A stretch of DNA of 64,000 nt from Eledone cirrhosa (taxonomy: Eukaryota), in NCBI GenBank assembly GCA_964016885.1, contig OZ024741.1, positions 107,818,001 through 107,882,000 of the forward strand, read 5' to 3'. Below, piece after piece: positions 40,290 through 55,090 of the stretch. Numbering within the stretch: position 1 is the stretch's first letter; each line of letters begins with the position of its first letter. The notes under the pieces were generated by a model. The model was not told the origin of the DNA. It ran no database searches and saw only the letters and a list, made by a program, of their open reading frames with translations. The position numbers and the translations under genes were made by a program.

Positions 40290-40880
40290 TGCCTTGAGGA
40301 CTGACACCAGGTAGCAATGGTGGATCCTATCGAAGGTTTTCGATTGATCTAAGTCGACCAGGATCCCACTTTTGTCAGACCTCTGAGTACTCTCTATGGT
40401 GTATCGCACGTGGAGGTTGTCGTGGAGAACGGCTCACCAACTAGACACGTGACGGCAAACGCTAGCCCGTTTTCTAAAGGCTTCCTCAAGATTTTGAACT
40501 CTGCGTTTTTCAGTATCATGGACCTGAAGTTATCTATGTGATCCGCCTTATTCAGGACTTTTCTCTGTGGCGCCATCACCACTGGCCTCACAAAACAGGG
40601 AATTCTCTCTTTCTGTTGCCAGTTGATGTTGACGTCCAATAAACTTTCGCCAAACAAGTGCGGCTAAAGGTAAAGCGACTAGAGAAAACCATTCAAACAT
40701 CACTATTTGCTCCTCGTGCAGTCAGTTATTGCTTGTGTCATTGGTTATTCAGAGCATTTCACCTCCGTTGCCGAAAGTCGCAGTAGGCCGTCAAGATAGG
40801 CACTGAATTCCACTCTGTGATCCATCCTATCTCGTCCATAACGCCTCGGAGATGTGCCGCATATATCTGCTCGGAATCAA
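40290..40880 (-). pseudogene. Old degraded Tx1/L1-like RT fragment
   Basis: WQQKERIPCF...IDNFRSMILKNAEFKIL aligns with WQQNGRIPCT...ISNFRPITLLNTELQIL of ORF 60592-63375. Confidence 0.8.
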
Positions 40881-43222
40881 ATGATACGCGCCCGTCTTGT
40901 TTAGCAAATGGTAATAAAATGATAAAAATGAAGCGATTATTATTTAATGATTATGCGTAGTAATGCGTTTATTGATAATTTACGAATACGGGATCAAATG
41001 GGGGAGAACGATTATCCACATTATGAGACATTTTAATAGATACTTCATCAGAAAAGTCAATAAAAACTTATTTCTAGAAGCAAAACATTAAGAAAATTCA
41101 AAATGCAATAAATCACTGGAAGATAAATAAACGTTAGATTATTTACAAATAATTTCAAGAGAATTTCTTCAAAGTGACCAAATCTAATTTACTTATGTCT
41201 TTGAAAATTGGATCTTTTCCACAACTATCAGAAACAATTGAAGGAACTTCCTCGCGTTAAATAGTATATAAAAATAAATATGTCATCAAATTCAGCACCA
41301 ACTCTTAAGGGTCAATACGTTTGCTTTTCATCTCTAGTTAGATATTTAATACGACTATATAAAAAAAATTCAGTTAGCCCGAAGATCAATAACAAAACAA
41401 ACAAAAAATATTGTTTCTGAACAAATTACTATATTATTCATGCAAATTATTCCCACGAGAAATTGAATCCAAATTAGGGACAATGAATTATGTAATGCGA
41501 TGTGTGAAATATATAATCATATTTAGCGAAAGCCTATACCATCATAAATCATATTTGGGAAATAACATTTATAATGTTATTTGTTGGATTGTTTCCATAA
41601 GAATATATATAATAGTGGGTTGCCACAAGTTCAGATACATTCTCGGGTGCAAATCCCATCGATTCGTCCAAAAACCCGAGCGTTAACTCCCGCAACGCAG
41701 ATGAGTAAGATATGAAACTATACCAGACCTTGAGAACTCTTTCTTCTTCGGTTTCTGGACTGTAGCTTTCATCCCCGAAATCAGGATTATGAAATCACAC
41801 CTAGTTTATAAAATTCAAAACCATACGTCAGCAACCCGTCTGAGGAAAGAGTCCCGCGAGGTAGGGAGACTGTTGCAGCGGGAATCGCTGACCATTGTCC
41901 GCGGAAAGGACTTTGCTGTTCTGTCCGAAGGGCAGAGGCCCCAAACAACCTCGCCCTATGCCCTGAGCCCATCACCCCCTCCTCTTCCTTTCTCCCGTCA
42001 ACTTTGTGAGGGAAACTCATGTATTGAGTATAACCATTTATTCCATGATTAGAACATATTTCAAAAACACTTTGTGCGATGAAATGGCTGATGCAGCGGA
42101 TAGCACCGGCTGTTCTGCACAGCAATGGTTTCACCATTGTTTCCAGCCATTTAGGTATGCTGTTCAGCTGAAGGTGTAGAGTCTGTTCACCTCAACATTA
42201 TTTTGTCTTTTACTTGTATTTCAGAAATATAATAGACATTCATATACTAATACGTTTAGTCCTAAATAAACGATGCGTCTCTACATGGTTTTGGTTCATC
42301 TCACAGAAAAATTTTAAAGTTCCTATAGGAGTCTCACTTATTTGTATTCTATTCATAGACCGCATCAATGATTTCAGACAACAAAATTATTTCGTCAATA
42401 TTTTCATATACAAATTATGGACGTCTAGAAAAAGGAGGAAAATGTCATGTTTGTGAACATAGGCCTTCAGAAAGATACATTTGACATCGTATAATGCTCG
42501 CGTTAACGAGGTTATTATTTAATTAACAATATAGTACATTTGAATATATAAATACATTTTAACGGCTATTCCTTTTTATTTCCAAAATAGGAAATTAAAG
42601 CAATAAATATTGAAATTTCCTTCAGATAAACTGTTTCACAGTTATGTATAAAGAATTAGAAACATTATAACAAAATTAATAATAATCTGCCTCTTATTTC
42701 TAGTAAAACTATATATTTTTTCTACACAACTAGCCGTTTCGTAATTTTCTGTGCGTATCATGGCTTACACACATACATACATAATTAGGGTATATAAAGA
42801 CCTGGAGACGGAAGGTGGCACTGACCAATTTTCTCGTCCCTACTTGTTTATATGCTCTACTCATTAGACTATTTTACAAGAAACGTGCGTATATAACACA
42901 CACACACGCACACACACACACATACACACATATATATATATATTTATATATATACGTACTAAGATGTGTACTAAAGAGACATATCCACTCATAATACATA
43001 CATATGCGCACACGAACTTATTCAATTATTTACAAAATACCGAAAATTGATTTGACTTTAACATAAACATTTGGCCACTTTGTTAGTGTTTGGTCTGAAT
43101 TCTTTGAAGAACAATCTTGAGGAGAAAATACATAATGACACATACACACACGCACACACACATACATATATATATGTAGTTATATACCTATATATTTCTG
43201 TATATATATACACACACACACA

Positions 43223-43287
<65 letters not shown>

Positions 43288-43311
43288 ATATATACATATA
43301 CATATATATAT

Positions 43312-43342
<31 letters not shown>

Positions 43343-43344
<2 letters not shown>

Positions 43345-43652
43345 AAAAAAATTTAGTCCAGAATTAGCTGTACAAACCGCTTGAGCTCTGCCGTCGGAGT
43401 CATGCTTGTTCCTATATATATAAATATATATATATATAGGAACAAGCATGACTCCGACGGCAGAGCTCAAGCGGTTTGTACAGCTAATTCTGGACTAAAT
43501 TTTTTTTTTATTTTAGTCCAGAATTAGCCGTCGAAACAGCTTGAGCTCTGCCGTCGGGGTCATACTTGTTCCTATTACCCACTCTACTACCCTAAGTATT
43601 GAGTACTTTGGTGCGTTATTGTCCATCTGGTTCCTTACCACATTTCCTTCGC
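43343..43652. mobile_element. Family G PLE end in a triple fold-back
   Basis: Three alternating-orientation copies of a ~65-bp arm, the last followed by the tail. Confidence 0.8.
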
Positions 43653-43693
<41 letters not shown>

Positions 43694-44054
43694 GTAAAAG
43701 GTAAACAGAAATGACAACACAATCGGTACAGTATATACACTATTTATGTTACGCTGTTTACCAGTGAGTGGGACTAGTTATTCCGGTTAGTAAACGAGAG
43801 TGCAATAAATTAAATCTCTTGACATTATGCAGATCATCGTAGATGTGGTATCCGGTACTTAGTTCAGGAACGGCAGCGTTTTGAATCAGACGATAAAGAG
43901 CCAGAATAAATACTGCAATGGCAATGTATCTAACGCTCTACCAATTCTGCCAAACCACCACCTTCTGGAGATTAACGTAATATTAAAGGATAACGAAAAA
44001 GGATATTTGTAATAAATAAAGAACTTCGTTATATACTAACTGTCTGAACATGAT

Positions 44055-44217
44055 GGTATCGGTAGAGAGTGGAACGCCATGCTTTCCAGCATATAGTTAC
44101 GTCCCTTTATGGACTGAGTTCAAATCCCTCCAAGGTTAACTTTGCTTTCATCCTAAAATAAAATTCCAGTAATGTACTGGGTAATTGCTGGCCTTGTGCC
44201 CAAGGTAGAAACAGTTA
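44055..44217 (+). mobile_element. Meta-like SINE with internal deletion
   Basis: B box GAGTTCAAATCC; 3' GCTGGCCTTGTGCC. Confidence 0.75.
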
Positions 44218-44989
44218 TTAAAAAGCGGATTGCACTCTTTAACTTTTCTATCACTATAAGTGATGTATGTAGGTACAGTTATCTATTTGTTCCTATTCGC
44301 CTTATATTTTTGGCCTCCACGATCCTATACTACACACGTCACCAGTTGGCTCCACTGTATTTCTATAACTAATCATTTCATTTATTTTGTGAGTTGCATA
44401 ATTGCAGGTAGAAATATTATTTGACAAGATGAAAACAGGTGGTGATAGCAGTGATTTCGAATATATTGTCACAGGTGTCGTCATGTAATTATCGTAAAAA
44501 GTGTGTGCAATTTACAATACATAATTGGAAGCCTATTAAAATAGAAAAATAAAAGATGGGGAAAATACTGTGATTTTTCTGTAATAGATGTGATATTTGT
44601 AGAGAGGGGAAGCAGCTTTTTTGAAACTGTGGAACGAGTATACAATGTTTATTCACAGATTACATCGTGTAACAAAACATTTTTTTTTCTTTGTTTGTGG
44701 CTTGTAATCACTTTTTTGTGTTGCTTAGGTCTCCAAAAATAAAAAAAAGTGCTATTAAAAGTTTGGGATTGTAAAAATCCTAAGCTATTCACTAGAATTA
44801 TTTGTATGCTGGATTTTACATTGTATGTAAGTTTAATTTGCTTATGTTAAATGATTTTTTATATATGTTTCAGGTTAAATTAAAATTATAAAATAAAGAG
44901 TAATACCTAAAGAAAATTATAAAAGTGCAATAAAGTATAAAATTGTTAAAAAGTGGATTAAAGAGATTTATTGATACTGGGTTTTCGCA

Positions 44990-46390
44990 CGCTGAATAAA
45001 GGGTAAGTTGTGTTTTAAGCATTCGTCTCCAGGATGAAGCAGTGGATCTTGGTCAAGGAGGAAGTGCAGGTGACAAGTCAGAGAAGTCGGCACAAACCTT
45101 TCTCAGGCTTTTACACTCTTAGGGATGGCCTCTGCTTCTGCCATGACGTGCCTGGACTGTTTGACGTCATTGGGGTGCCGTTTGTGCCCAAGGAGTGGCG
45201 GCTATTTATAGACAGATCCACCACAAGTTTGAAGGCTGTCCTCCTCCACAATGGAAACAAGTTCTCGACACTGCCCCTAGCTCATTCAGTCTGCCTGAAG
45301 GAAGATTACTACAGTGTGAAAGTCCTCTTGGAAGCTCTGCAATACAACCAGTACAATTGGTAAATCATTGGAGACTTCAAGATGGTGGTTTTCCTGCTTG
45401 GACTCGAAGGAGTCTTTATCAAATTCCAATGCTTCCTCTACCTTTGGGACAGCAGAGCCACCTCTGACCACTACAAAAGAAAGAACTGGGAACAGCGAAC
45501 AGAATTTGTAGTTGGGACCCGGAACGTCATGTGAGAGCCACTGGTTGATCCCAGGATTGTGCTCATGCCGCCACTGCACATTAAGTTGGGGTTGATGAAG
45601 CAGTTTGTGAAGGCTCTCAACCAAGAATCAGCCGCTTTTAAGTAGCTTCTTGAGTTCTTCCCCAAATTATCTGAGGCCAAAATCAAAGGTGGAATCTTTG
45701 TTGGACCTCAGATAAAGAAGGTGTTTGAGTCTACCGAGTTCTCCAATAAGCTCAATAGGATTGAGAGAACAGCATGGAACTGTTTTAAGGCAGTTGTTAA
45801 AGACTTCCTGGGCAACTACAGAGCTGAAAACTACCAGCAACTGGTGCAGGATCTGATAAAGGCCTTTGACGCCATGGGATGCAGGATGTCGCTTAAACTC
45901 CATATGCTGGACGCTCACCTGGAAAAATTCAAGGACAATATGGGCGCCTACTCAGAAGAAGAAGGCGAACGATTCCACTAAGATGTGAAAGAGATAGAGC
46001 GGAGGTACCAGGGCCACTACAATGAAAATATGATGGGGGACTATATCTGGGGGCTAGTGCGGGAATGCGACCTGGACTACAACCGCAAATCCAGGAAACC
46101 CAGTCATTTCTGACATGTATAAGTTGCTTTATAAGTGTTATTTGTTTTTACTTGTTTGCTTTTGATAAGCTTGTGTAATAAAATAAATATATACTCTGTT
46201 GATTTAATTATATGAAATGATAAATTTAAAAAAAATGTGTCTTTTCTTGAAAAATATGAAAATTTCGAAATATCAAACTTCTCACCACAAACCCAAACTT
46301 CTGATTAAATAATAGTGTTTTTTTTATAATAATGGGATATAACAATGAAATGACACTTAGAACCGGGGAACAAAAAATATGTGACACGGT
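44990..46390 (+). mobile_element. Chapaev3/CMC-like DNA transposon remnant (transposase pseudogene)
   Basis: WRLFID, LLHNGN, PLHIKLGLMKQFVKAL, LSEAKIKGGIFVGPQI, MSLKLH, GERFH, RYQG; in-frame stops; ends ...CACGGTG; family label from motif recall. Confidence 0.75.
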
Positions 46391-46478
46391 GTTATCTGAC
46401 ACTTATACAAATGCATTCACACAGAAAGCGAAAAATATTTGTATGCACGTTTTAATGCATATGATGTATATTTGTATG

Positions 46479-46555
<77 letters not shown>

Positions 46556-46556
46556 G

Positions 46557-46863
46557 TATAGTATATTTAACAATATACTGTATGTTTAATTTAAAACATT
46601 TTGAAGACCATTCGTTATGAGTTTTAAAGTAGTGATTATGTCACTTACTTATTCTCGGCAAAACTATAACTATAATTCTCGACAGAAGCGAAGGGGTGAG
46701 TGATCTTGATAAACGCTAATGAGCGAGAAACAGGTCTCTCGATCACTCACCTTTGCTTTTGCCTAGAATAAGTAAGTAAGATAGTCACTAGTTCAAAGCT
46801 CATAGCGCATGGTCTTCAAAATGTTTTTAATTAAACATACAGTATATTGCGAAATATACTATA
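46557..46863. repeat. Diverged ~300 bp imperfect inverted repeat
   Basis: caatatactgtatgtttaat / attaaacatacagtatattg and further inner pairing. Confidence 0.8.
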
Positions 46864-47124
46864 TATACATTCACGTATACACCGCTATTTGAGAGTACTA
46901 ATGCTAATATATATCTATATTCACATAAATATCATATTATTTATTTATATTCATACAAGGAGTAAAAGCGCTACCTACGGTTTCAAGGCCCAAATGTGGC
47001 CATCTTCCTACCTTATATGAACATAAATACATAATACAATATATAAGCTCTCATATGTGCAGTTTTCCTTTTCCCTTTTTCACACTCACCCATATTTCAC
47101 TACACACACACACATTTATATATA

Positions 47125-47778
47125 AAACCACCACGAGAAATGGTGGCAGGTTGGATACCAACACACACACACAGATCCTTCTAAAATCAGCAGCACCAAC
47201 ACCACTACCAAAATAAGGGTAGAGGTCAGATATAATTTACAATAGCAAAAACAAACACTACAGATCGCCTCACCTCATAAAGAATTTCTATAGACTTTTG
47301 ACTGAGGAATGCTCTCACAACTGACCAATGGGTGGAGTGGATCTTACAAATATTTCTAACTTTGAGATTGGTTATAACACACACATTTTATTTGATTATC
47401 TTATTTTATTCTTTTATCATCTTATTCCTTCTACCCTTTTATCATTTGCTCGTATTATCTTAATTTCATTTCCTATTTTCTTCATTTTATTGCCTTTTAT
47501 TTCTTCATATGCTTGGCAATCCCCCCCCCCCCCCCCCACCACCACCACGAAAAATGGTGGCAGGATAGATGCAAGCACACACACACAGATCCTTCTAAAA
47601 TCAGCAGCAGCTGGAATTAAGCTGACTCCACCACCAACACCACTACCAACATAAGGGTAGAGGTCAGATGAACTTAACAATAACAAAAACAACCACTACA
47701 GATTGCCTCGTCTCAGAACGAATTTCTATAGACTTTTTACTGAGGAATGTTCTTACAACTGACCAATGGGAGGAGGGG
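47125..47778. repeat. Diverged ~220 bp direct repeat pair
   Basis: 47125-47340 versus 47540-47778. Confidence 0.75.
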
Positions 47779-48030
47779 ATGTCCTTTGACGCTGAAATTC
47801 GTTTGTTTAAATTCATATGATTCCAGTTCCTCAGTGAAATAACAACCCAACCAGGAACTAGGCATATCAGAGTATTGACAAAGTTAAACACCTCAACAAC
47901 ATGTGTACTCGTCTCTACCACACTAATTCGGACTGCAAAGATGGCTGTCACCGAAATATATATAGCAATAATAAACGAAGCCAAATTTTAAATATTGACT
48001 TATTTATTTTAGTTTATTTTATATTTATAT

Positions 48031-48065
<35 letters not shown>

Positions 48066-48637
48066 CTTATATATAACAACTAGAAATTGATTAACATATA
48101 AATAAACATATGAAACAATCACAGGGGATAATTTTTACAAGTGTGTAAGCACACATAGCTTGGTAGGTAACTAAATAAAGTTAACTAGAACTTCAAAAAT
48201 AGATACCTTATAATATGATTAATCTTCCCTGTATATATTCCATTAAAGAAATATATTTCACCAATTAATCGAATGGTAAACCACGGAAGCCGATACTTGG
48301 ATTTTCAACAAGGAAGAAGTCCAGCCATCTGTGTTTACGCATTAAGTTCAAATCAGCGACTGGCCAGTAACACATGCTGTATCTACTAAAAATACACACA
48401 TCATACCAGCTTCGTCCCAGTGGCGTGAATAGGGTTATCGACAACTAGAAACAGCAGTCAAGTCCTTTCAACAGAGTTAGCTCTACAATTAAGAAGCCGT
48501 ATTTATATATCTATATCCAAAATTAAGATAAATCAAAGTGAATTTAATCTAAATCAAAATTATGGGTGTCATGCCAGAAAGGCATGCGCCATATCACCTG
48601 TAAAATAAGCTCCAAGATTCTAATGAATAGGTGCGAG

Positions 48638-48716
<79 letters not shown>

Positions 48717-48746
48717 TATACACATATACATACATATATATGCATG

Positions 48747-48774
<28 letters not shown>

Positions 48775-48777
<3 letters not shown>

Positions 48778-51322
48778 ATGTGCCATAAAAAGCAAGGTCA
48801 CAATACTAATGCTCCCTGTGTATTTTCCCATTATAAATGCCCCACTTGGTAAAATAAAACATATTTTGTATAAAATAAATTATTGTGTGCCTTGCCTATA
48901 TCATGGTGATTATAGTGGAAAGTGTGATTATGTTGAATGAAATCATGAAAATGGGAAACCAAATATGACCATACAATAATTGTTTATTTTATTAATCCAT
49001 TATATTTAGTAAACCAGCTTTGAATATAAAGGCGTAAAAGGAAGAAACAAGTTCAATTAAGTTAACACCAGTCATATTTTTTTCAGAGTTTCTTTTTTGA
49101 AATCCGGGACTTTGCGACGATGAACTTCGACTACTTGAAGAACACACTGCTTCTCCTCCTCATTCTTGGTGATGGCAACACAATAAGTTATCAACTTGAC
49201 TGCTCTCTCTGCCTGATCGTTGACTACCTTGATATTGTGAACAACAGCACAGGCATTTTGATATGATGCTTGTGATGACCAAGCTGCAGGTGACAGCTCA
49301 AGCCAAGAATCGTTGAGACCAAGGAGATCGAATAGAAGCCTTGATTTCTTCCCAACTAGATGAGGCAGCTTCGTGGACGACTTCAACTCGGGAAATACTG
49401 GAGCACCACGGTCGAGAGGCCCAGACGTTTTCGTTTTGACAAGACGTTGGGCTATTTGTTTCTTCTCGGACTCTTGGACCGGACTTGAAAACAGCGCTAG
49501 CGGAATGGCTTCCTCAGTCATGTACCAAAGATGCCTGCTCAGAGCATGAGTGGCTGCCTGTGAGAGACCTCTGTCAACCTTACTGTACTGTGTCAACTCC
49601 ATGTAGAATTGAAGGTCATTGGATGGTTCATCAGCACACTTGACTGCTGTCAGCCAGTATCGCACGTAGAACAGAGCATTGAATATACAGATCCGGTGCA
49701 ACTTTTCCATTTTAGCTTGATCGTAATTGAGTCGCTCCCCAAATGCATACATCTTTGCACTATAGATGATTGTGGACATCCACCGAGCGTTATGATGTGC
49801 AGCAGGCAGCATCCAATGAATTCCACGAGGAGGGGTGAAACCAATCAACATCAACTCGGCACATTCTCGATAGTCGTCCCGTGGAAGAGAACTCATTTTC
49901 CCATCGCCGGATGTCAGCAAATCTTGAAGGAACTTGATGTTATCAGAACACAGACGCTTGAGTCTCCGGTCGACAATGTTCAATGTTTTAAAGTTGGTCT
50001 TGTCCGTGAGTGACACCCAATCTTTTATTAACTCCTTGAAATCTGGGGTGTCTGGACTGGACATTGCTCCGAATAGTTGTTGCCACACTGCACAGAAGAT
50101 ACGCTCCATGACATGGTGCCGACAAGCAAAATAAAACACCTTTTTGTTGAGTATCTCTTCTAGTTTCACGCAGGCACCATTTTTCCATCCAGAATTCGAA
50201 GCAGTTGTGTCGAAGACGAAGCCCACCACAGACCCATCAACATTCCAATCTTTAACAAGATCAAATGATGCTTTGGCTCGGGTGGTTCCAATGCCATCAG
50301 GAATTATGGGAACACCGAGGAGTTTACCTTCTCTGAAGTCTGGAGTTCCAGCAACTAGCACACCTAGCCTCTCGTGGTCACCAGGAATTATTTTGCCATC
50401 CCAATGCAAGGTAACAAAGTCTGGTACAGCAAATGTTTCCTTAATGTGTTTAGCCCCCACAGTTCTCATCTTCTTAGCAGCACGTCTGCTACTATTCTTG
50501 GAGAGAGTTGTGACAGTCCCACCCGCACTCAGTTCAATACGTAGAAGTTGTGCTGCTACAGATCCTGACAAACGCTTTCTATGGTTCTCTGACTCTCGAC
50601 GAGTCACAGAAACCTGATCACGCTTAAACTTTGAAGATACCTTTTTCTGGTAACCATTGTCTTCAGCACCCAGAGATACTTTTTTCTGGCAACGCAGAGC
50701 TTCGAGAAATGTAGCATCTTCTATTTTCTGTTCATTATTACGAAGACGGTCTTTCAAAATTTTCTTTTCAGCATCAGTATGTGCAATGTAGAAATACGTA
50801 TCCAATTCAGAAATAAATAGTGCTTCCTTTTCTTTGTTTGACTTAGAACCTTTGTATTTTGTAAATTTCTGTATTCACTGTACATGTTCATAATTTTCAG
50901 TTTCACTTTGTCTTTTCGTTGAGTCGCCACACCAGCTTTTTCCCACTGACTAACTACTTCCATCAGAAGCCTATCCACAATAGCACAATTGAAGCTCGCA
51001 TGCTTTTCGTGTTTCATAGGACCATCTTTCAGGTAGAAGAAATATCTTAGAACATCCCCTTTGTTGGTATTTTGTTTGGTGAAAAGGATGTAACATATTT
51101 CCCCAGGAGCCATATTTCTCGATCATCACAACGGAGCGAGTAGCTACAACTAGGCCCACTGGTTTCCGCCATTATTCTGCCAATATTAGGCAAGGCTTAA
51201 ATTGGTCTGAAATAATCAAAATTACATTATCAATTGATAATATACAAAATGGCATGAGAAAATGCATAGGGAGCTAAGAAAAAAGCACTTTTGTGTAAAA
51301 TGTGGGATTCTGGAACATCCTA
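48775..51322 (-). mobile_element. hAT-superfamily (hATm-like) DNA transposon
   Basis: 5' end TAGGATGTTCC at 51322; transposase ORF; no matching TIR seen at the left end. Confidence 0.7.
49072..51172 (-). pseudogene. DDE transposase, frameshifted N-terminus, 577-aa open C-terminal part (49072-50805)
   Basis: LHWDGK, FDTTASNSG, ACRHH..E, RDDYRE, ARWM, RHLWY, VVNDQAERAV. Confidence 0.85.
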
Positions 51323-51332
51323 ATATATATAC

Positions 51333-51407
<75 letters not shown>

Positions 51408-51627
51408 GGGGTAACAAATAATAGTTAAATGCAGTCCACTTAGATATAGTCCAGTTATGGTATTCCAGGTAGTGGATGATATTAACGCTTGGCTTGGTTT
51501 GACTCAACAAGGCGTTTTCATAGTGATGCTGCGGGTATGCTGTAATTCCTATGTTGTAACCACTTGGAGTAATAATAAATCAGGAAAGAAGGTTGACATG
51601 ATTTGCTATACAAAAAAGGTTTTTAAT

Positions 51628-51746
51628 CTCATAGCTGACAATTGTTTCTCTGAACTGGTAGGTCTAGATATCGCTATTCGCTTATTTTCACGTTACTCGA
51701 TCGCCAATACAAAATTATAACCAGTCAGATCTTCGGAGCAAGCGAG
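51628..51746 (-). ncRNA. Type I hammerhead, U4C variant, long stem II (inverted copy 53736-53850 lacks GAAA)
   Basis: gcu CCGAAGA ucugacuggu...accaguucaga GAAAC AAUU GUC agc. Confidence 0.72.
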
Positions 51747-52117
51747 AATGAAGAGAATACACAGGCAAGAAAAGAATATACAGGCTACTATATGAAGTAG
51801 TAATGGCATTCAATTAGAACAATAACAACAATTACAACAATGATATTAATAAATTATTTGAGGAGACCCTGACATTACTTAGGTGGGGGGTATGATGTAT
51901 CTAACATTACGGCGTGTAAAACTAGCTGTCATGAGGCAAAAGTAAGAGTTTGGCATGTACAGAGTATCGAAGTGTGTATCAATTTTAAATTATAAAGATA
52001 AGCCAGTGTTTACAGTCTTTCTTTTCATCTTCAATAGCATACATGAGTGGGACGACACTGTCAAAGCTAAATAGTTGTTGAGTTAATACAGAGGTTAATG
52101 AAGTAATATACGCATAT

Positions 52118-52203
<86 letters not shown>

Positions 52204-52516
52204 GCATGTGTACATAGACACATACATACACATCAATATACACTCGTACAAAAATATACATACATACAAAGAGAAAAGCGTGCTAATTGTAATTATGGCA
52301 AAAGGAAGGTAAAGTTACATTGTAGTAGTGATTTGAGAAAAACTAGGATTTAGGATCAAATGATGGCAGCAGCTGAGAAGGAATAAGTTTGTGGGTTGAT
52401 GAGGTACTTACAGACATTTGTGTGGTATAGACTTGTGAAGGATATAGTATACTTAATGAATATATTTCTGTGGGTAGTAGGTATCCTAATTTAAAGCTAT
52501 GTTGTGTTGGTTCGAT

Positions 52517-52922
52517 TCACGGAGGTTTGAATCTTATGAATTTAGTGGCAATTCTATGTCTACAGAAGATAGATCTTTCTAACTTATTGTTAAGTAGCCT
52601 TTTTACATTTTTGAGAATATATAATAGCTCAAGATCACATAGCCCGCAGTGGGACATCCCTGTACTATAGGTTTTAGCAGCCGACAACTTCGACCAGTTG
52701 ATACTGTAGTTAGTGCTGCTGTCCTTCAGTTCCCATATTTTTTTGGCGAGGGTTGTGGAACCCATAAGTGCACGGTTTTTCATTGAGTGTCTGTGCACAT
52801 ACCATCTTTTTTTAAAAGAACCCGCGGTGGATCCTATGTAATTCCAGGTGGAGTTACCCGAGACAACCGTGCACATGTACACTAGGCTCGAATCGAGACA
52901 TCTGTTCGCCAATGGGCACCTA
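52517..52922 (-). CDS. PLE GIY-YIG endonuclease fragment
   Basis: CPL..RCL..LVYMC..YIGSTAGSFKKRWYVH..CGLC..E..CRH. Confidence 0.88.
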
Positions 52923-53258
52923 TCATAAGATTCAAACCTCCGTGAATCGAACCAACACAACATAGCTTTAAATTAGGATACCTACTACCCACAGAAATAT
53001 ATTCATTAAGTATACTATATCCTTCACAAGTCTATACCACACAAATGTCTGTAAGTACCTCATCAACCCACAAACTTATTCCTTCTCAGCTGCTGCCATC
53101 ATTTGATCCTAAATCCTAGTTTTTCTCAAATCACTACTACAATGTAACTTTACCTTCCTTTTGCCATAATTACAATTAGCACGCTTATCTCTTCGTATGT
53201 ATGTATATTTTTGTACGAGTGTATATTGATGTGTATGTATGTGTCTATGTACACATGC

Positions 53259-53364
<106 letters not shown>

Positions 53365-53900
53365 ATATGCGTATATTACTTCGTTAACCTCTGTATTAAC
53401 TCAACAACTATTTAGCTTTGACAGTGTCGTCCCACTCATGTATGCTATTGAAGATGGAAAGAAAGACTGTAAACACTAGCTTATCTTTATAATTTAAAAT
53501 TGATACACACTTCGATACTCTGTACATGCCAAACTCTTACTTTTGCCTCATGACAGCTAGTTTTACACGCCGTAATGTTAGATACATCATACCCCCCACC
53601 TATGTAATGTCAGGGTCTCCTCAAATAATTTATTAATATCATTGTTGTAATTGTTGTTATTGTTCTAATTGAATGCCATTACTACTTCATATAGTAGCCT
53701 GTATATTCTTTTCTTGCCTGTGTACTCTCTTCATTCTCGCTTGCTCCGAAGATCTGACTGGTTATAATTTTGTATTGGCGATCGAGTAACGTGAAAATAA
53801 GCGAATAGCGATCTCTAGACCTACCAGTTCAGACAATTGTCAGCTATGAGATTAACAACCTTTTTTGTATAGCAAACCATGTCAACCTTCTTTCCTGATT

Positions 53901-53948
<48 letters not shown>

Positions 53949-53958
53949 AAGTGTGTGC

Positions 53959-54093
<135 letters not shown>

Positions 54094-54231
54094 TTAAAGC
54101 CTTTGTTGATATGTAATCAACAGAGTTATGAACACAACATATACGAAGTACTCGACAAAAACATTATCTGGAGTATTATGATAATAATAGTAATAAACGA
54201 AAGATATAACACTATAGCATCACTATTTATG

Positions 54232-54285
54232 TCATTATATATATTTCTGGGAATATAAATTATACCATGTCTTCTTCAGACAAAA
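54232..54285 (-). ncRNA. Type I hammerhead (family C-like)
   Basis: uuuugu CUGAAGA ... ccca GAAA UAUAUA UA auga. Confidence 0.6.
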
Positions 54286-54499
54286 TACTATATTAGATGT
54301 ATAAAATGTTATATGACATATTCACAAGAGGGACCTTATGTTATCAATTCCAAATGGAATACCCATTTGGAATTGATCTCATAAGGTCCCTCTTGTCATG
54401 AAGCCCTCTTGACATCAAGCCCATTCTTATCATCAAGCCCTCTTTGTCACCTGTGAGCAGCAAATGTTGGGGAGAGGCATGATCAACCATAGACCTCAT

Positions 54500-54940
54500 C
54501 TGCTCCCAGTGACAAATATTTTGTTACGGTGTGAAAACATTCTCTTGTACTGTTCCTTGTGTTTCTCTTGTGGTTGTGTAACGAAAAAGACCATGTCACT
54601 GGCTCTGAATAAACATTCATTCGCTTGTAGGTGTTATTTCCGTAATAGGCAGCACATGTCTATTCAAGAATATTTTGGGGATGGTCTTTCTTTGACAGAA
54701 ACAAGTTGTTCCTTAGTAGTTAGAGCATTCAAATTTCTTCGGTTTTTTCTCTAAATGGTGATGAGACTGCATATACGAATATCAGATAAAAGGTTCATAT
54801 GCTGAATATGAAGGAATGATGCTGAGGCTATGAAATTTTGCATACATTCATATTAATAACTACATTGTGTAATTGTAGGGACTCTGTTGAAAAATAAATC
54901 TCATTTGCCCATTCTATGAGAGGATCTTCGTCAGCCCATT
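54500..54940 (-). pseudogene. Old RTE-like RT fragment
   Basis: Minus ...FRASDMVFF..QPQEKHKEQ resembles RTE DMIF..RQLQEKCREQ. Confidence 0.5.
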
Positions 54941-54959
54941 AATCTTTCAGCCGATTCAC

Positions 54960-55090
<131 letters not shown>

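Noticed and set aside
41640-42190. GC-richer segment as a possible host exon
   Set aside because: No recognisable domain or consistent splice and frame support
46716-46745. CTAATGA gcga GAAACAGGTC minimal hammerhead-like motif
   Set aside because: G5 is changed and there is no stem I; at best a decayed relic
47735-47840. CTGAGGA...GAAATT hammerhead candidate
   Set aside because: Stem I does not form; CTGAGGA pairs instead with downstream TCCTCAG
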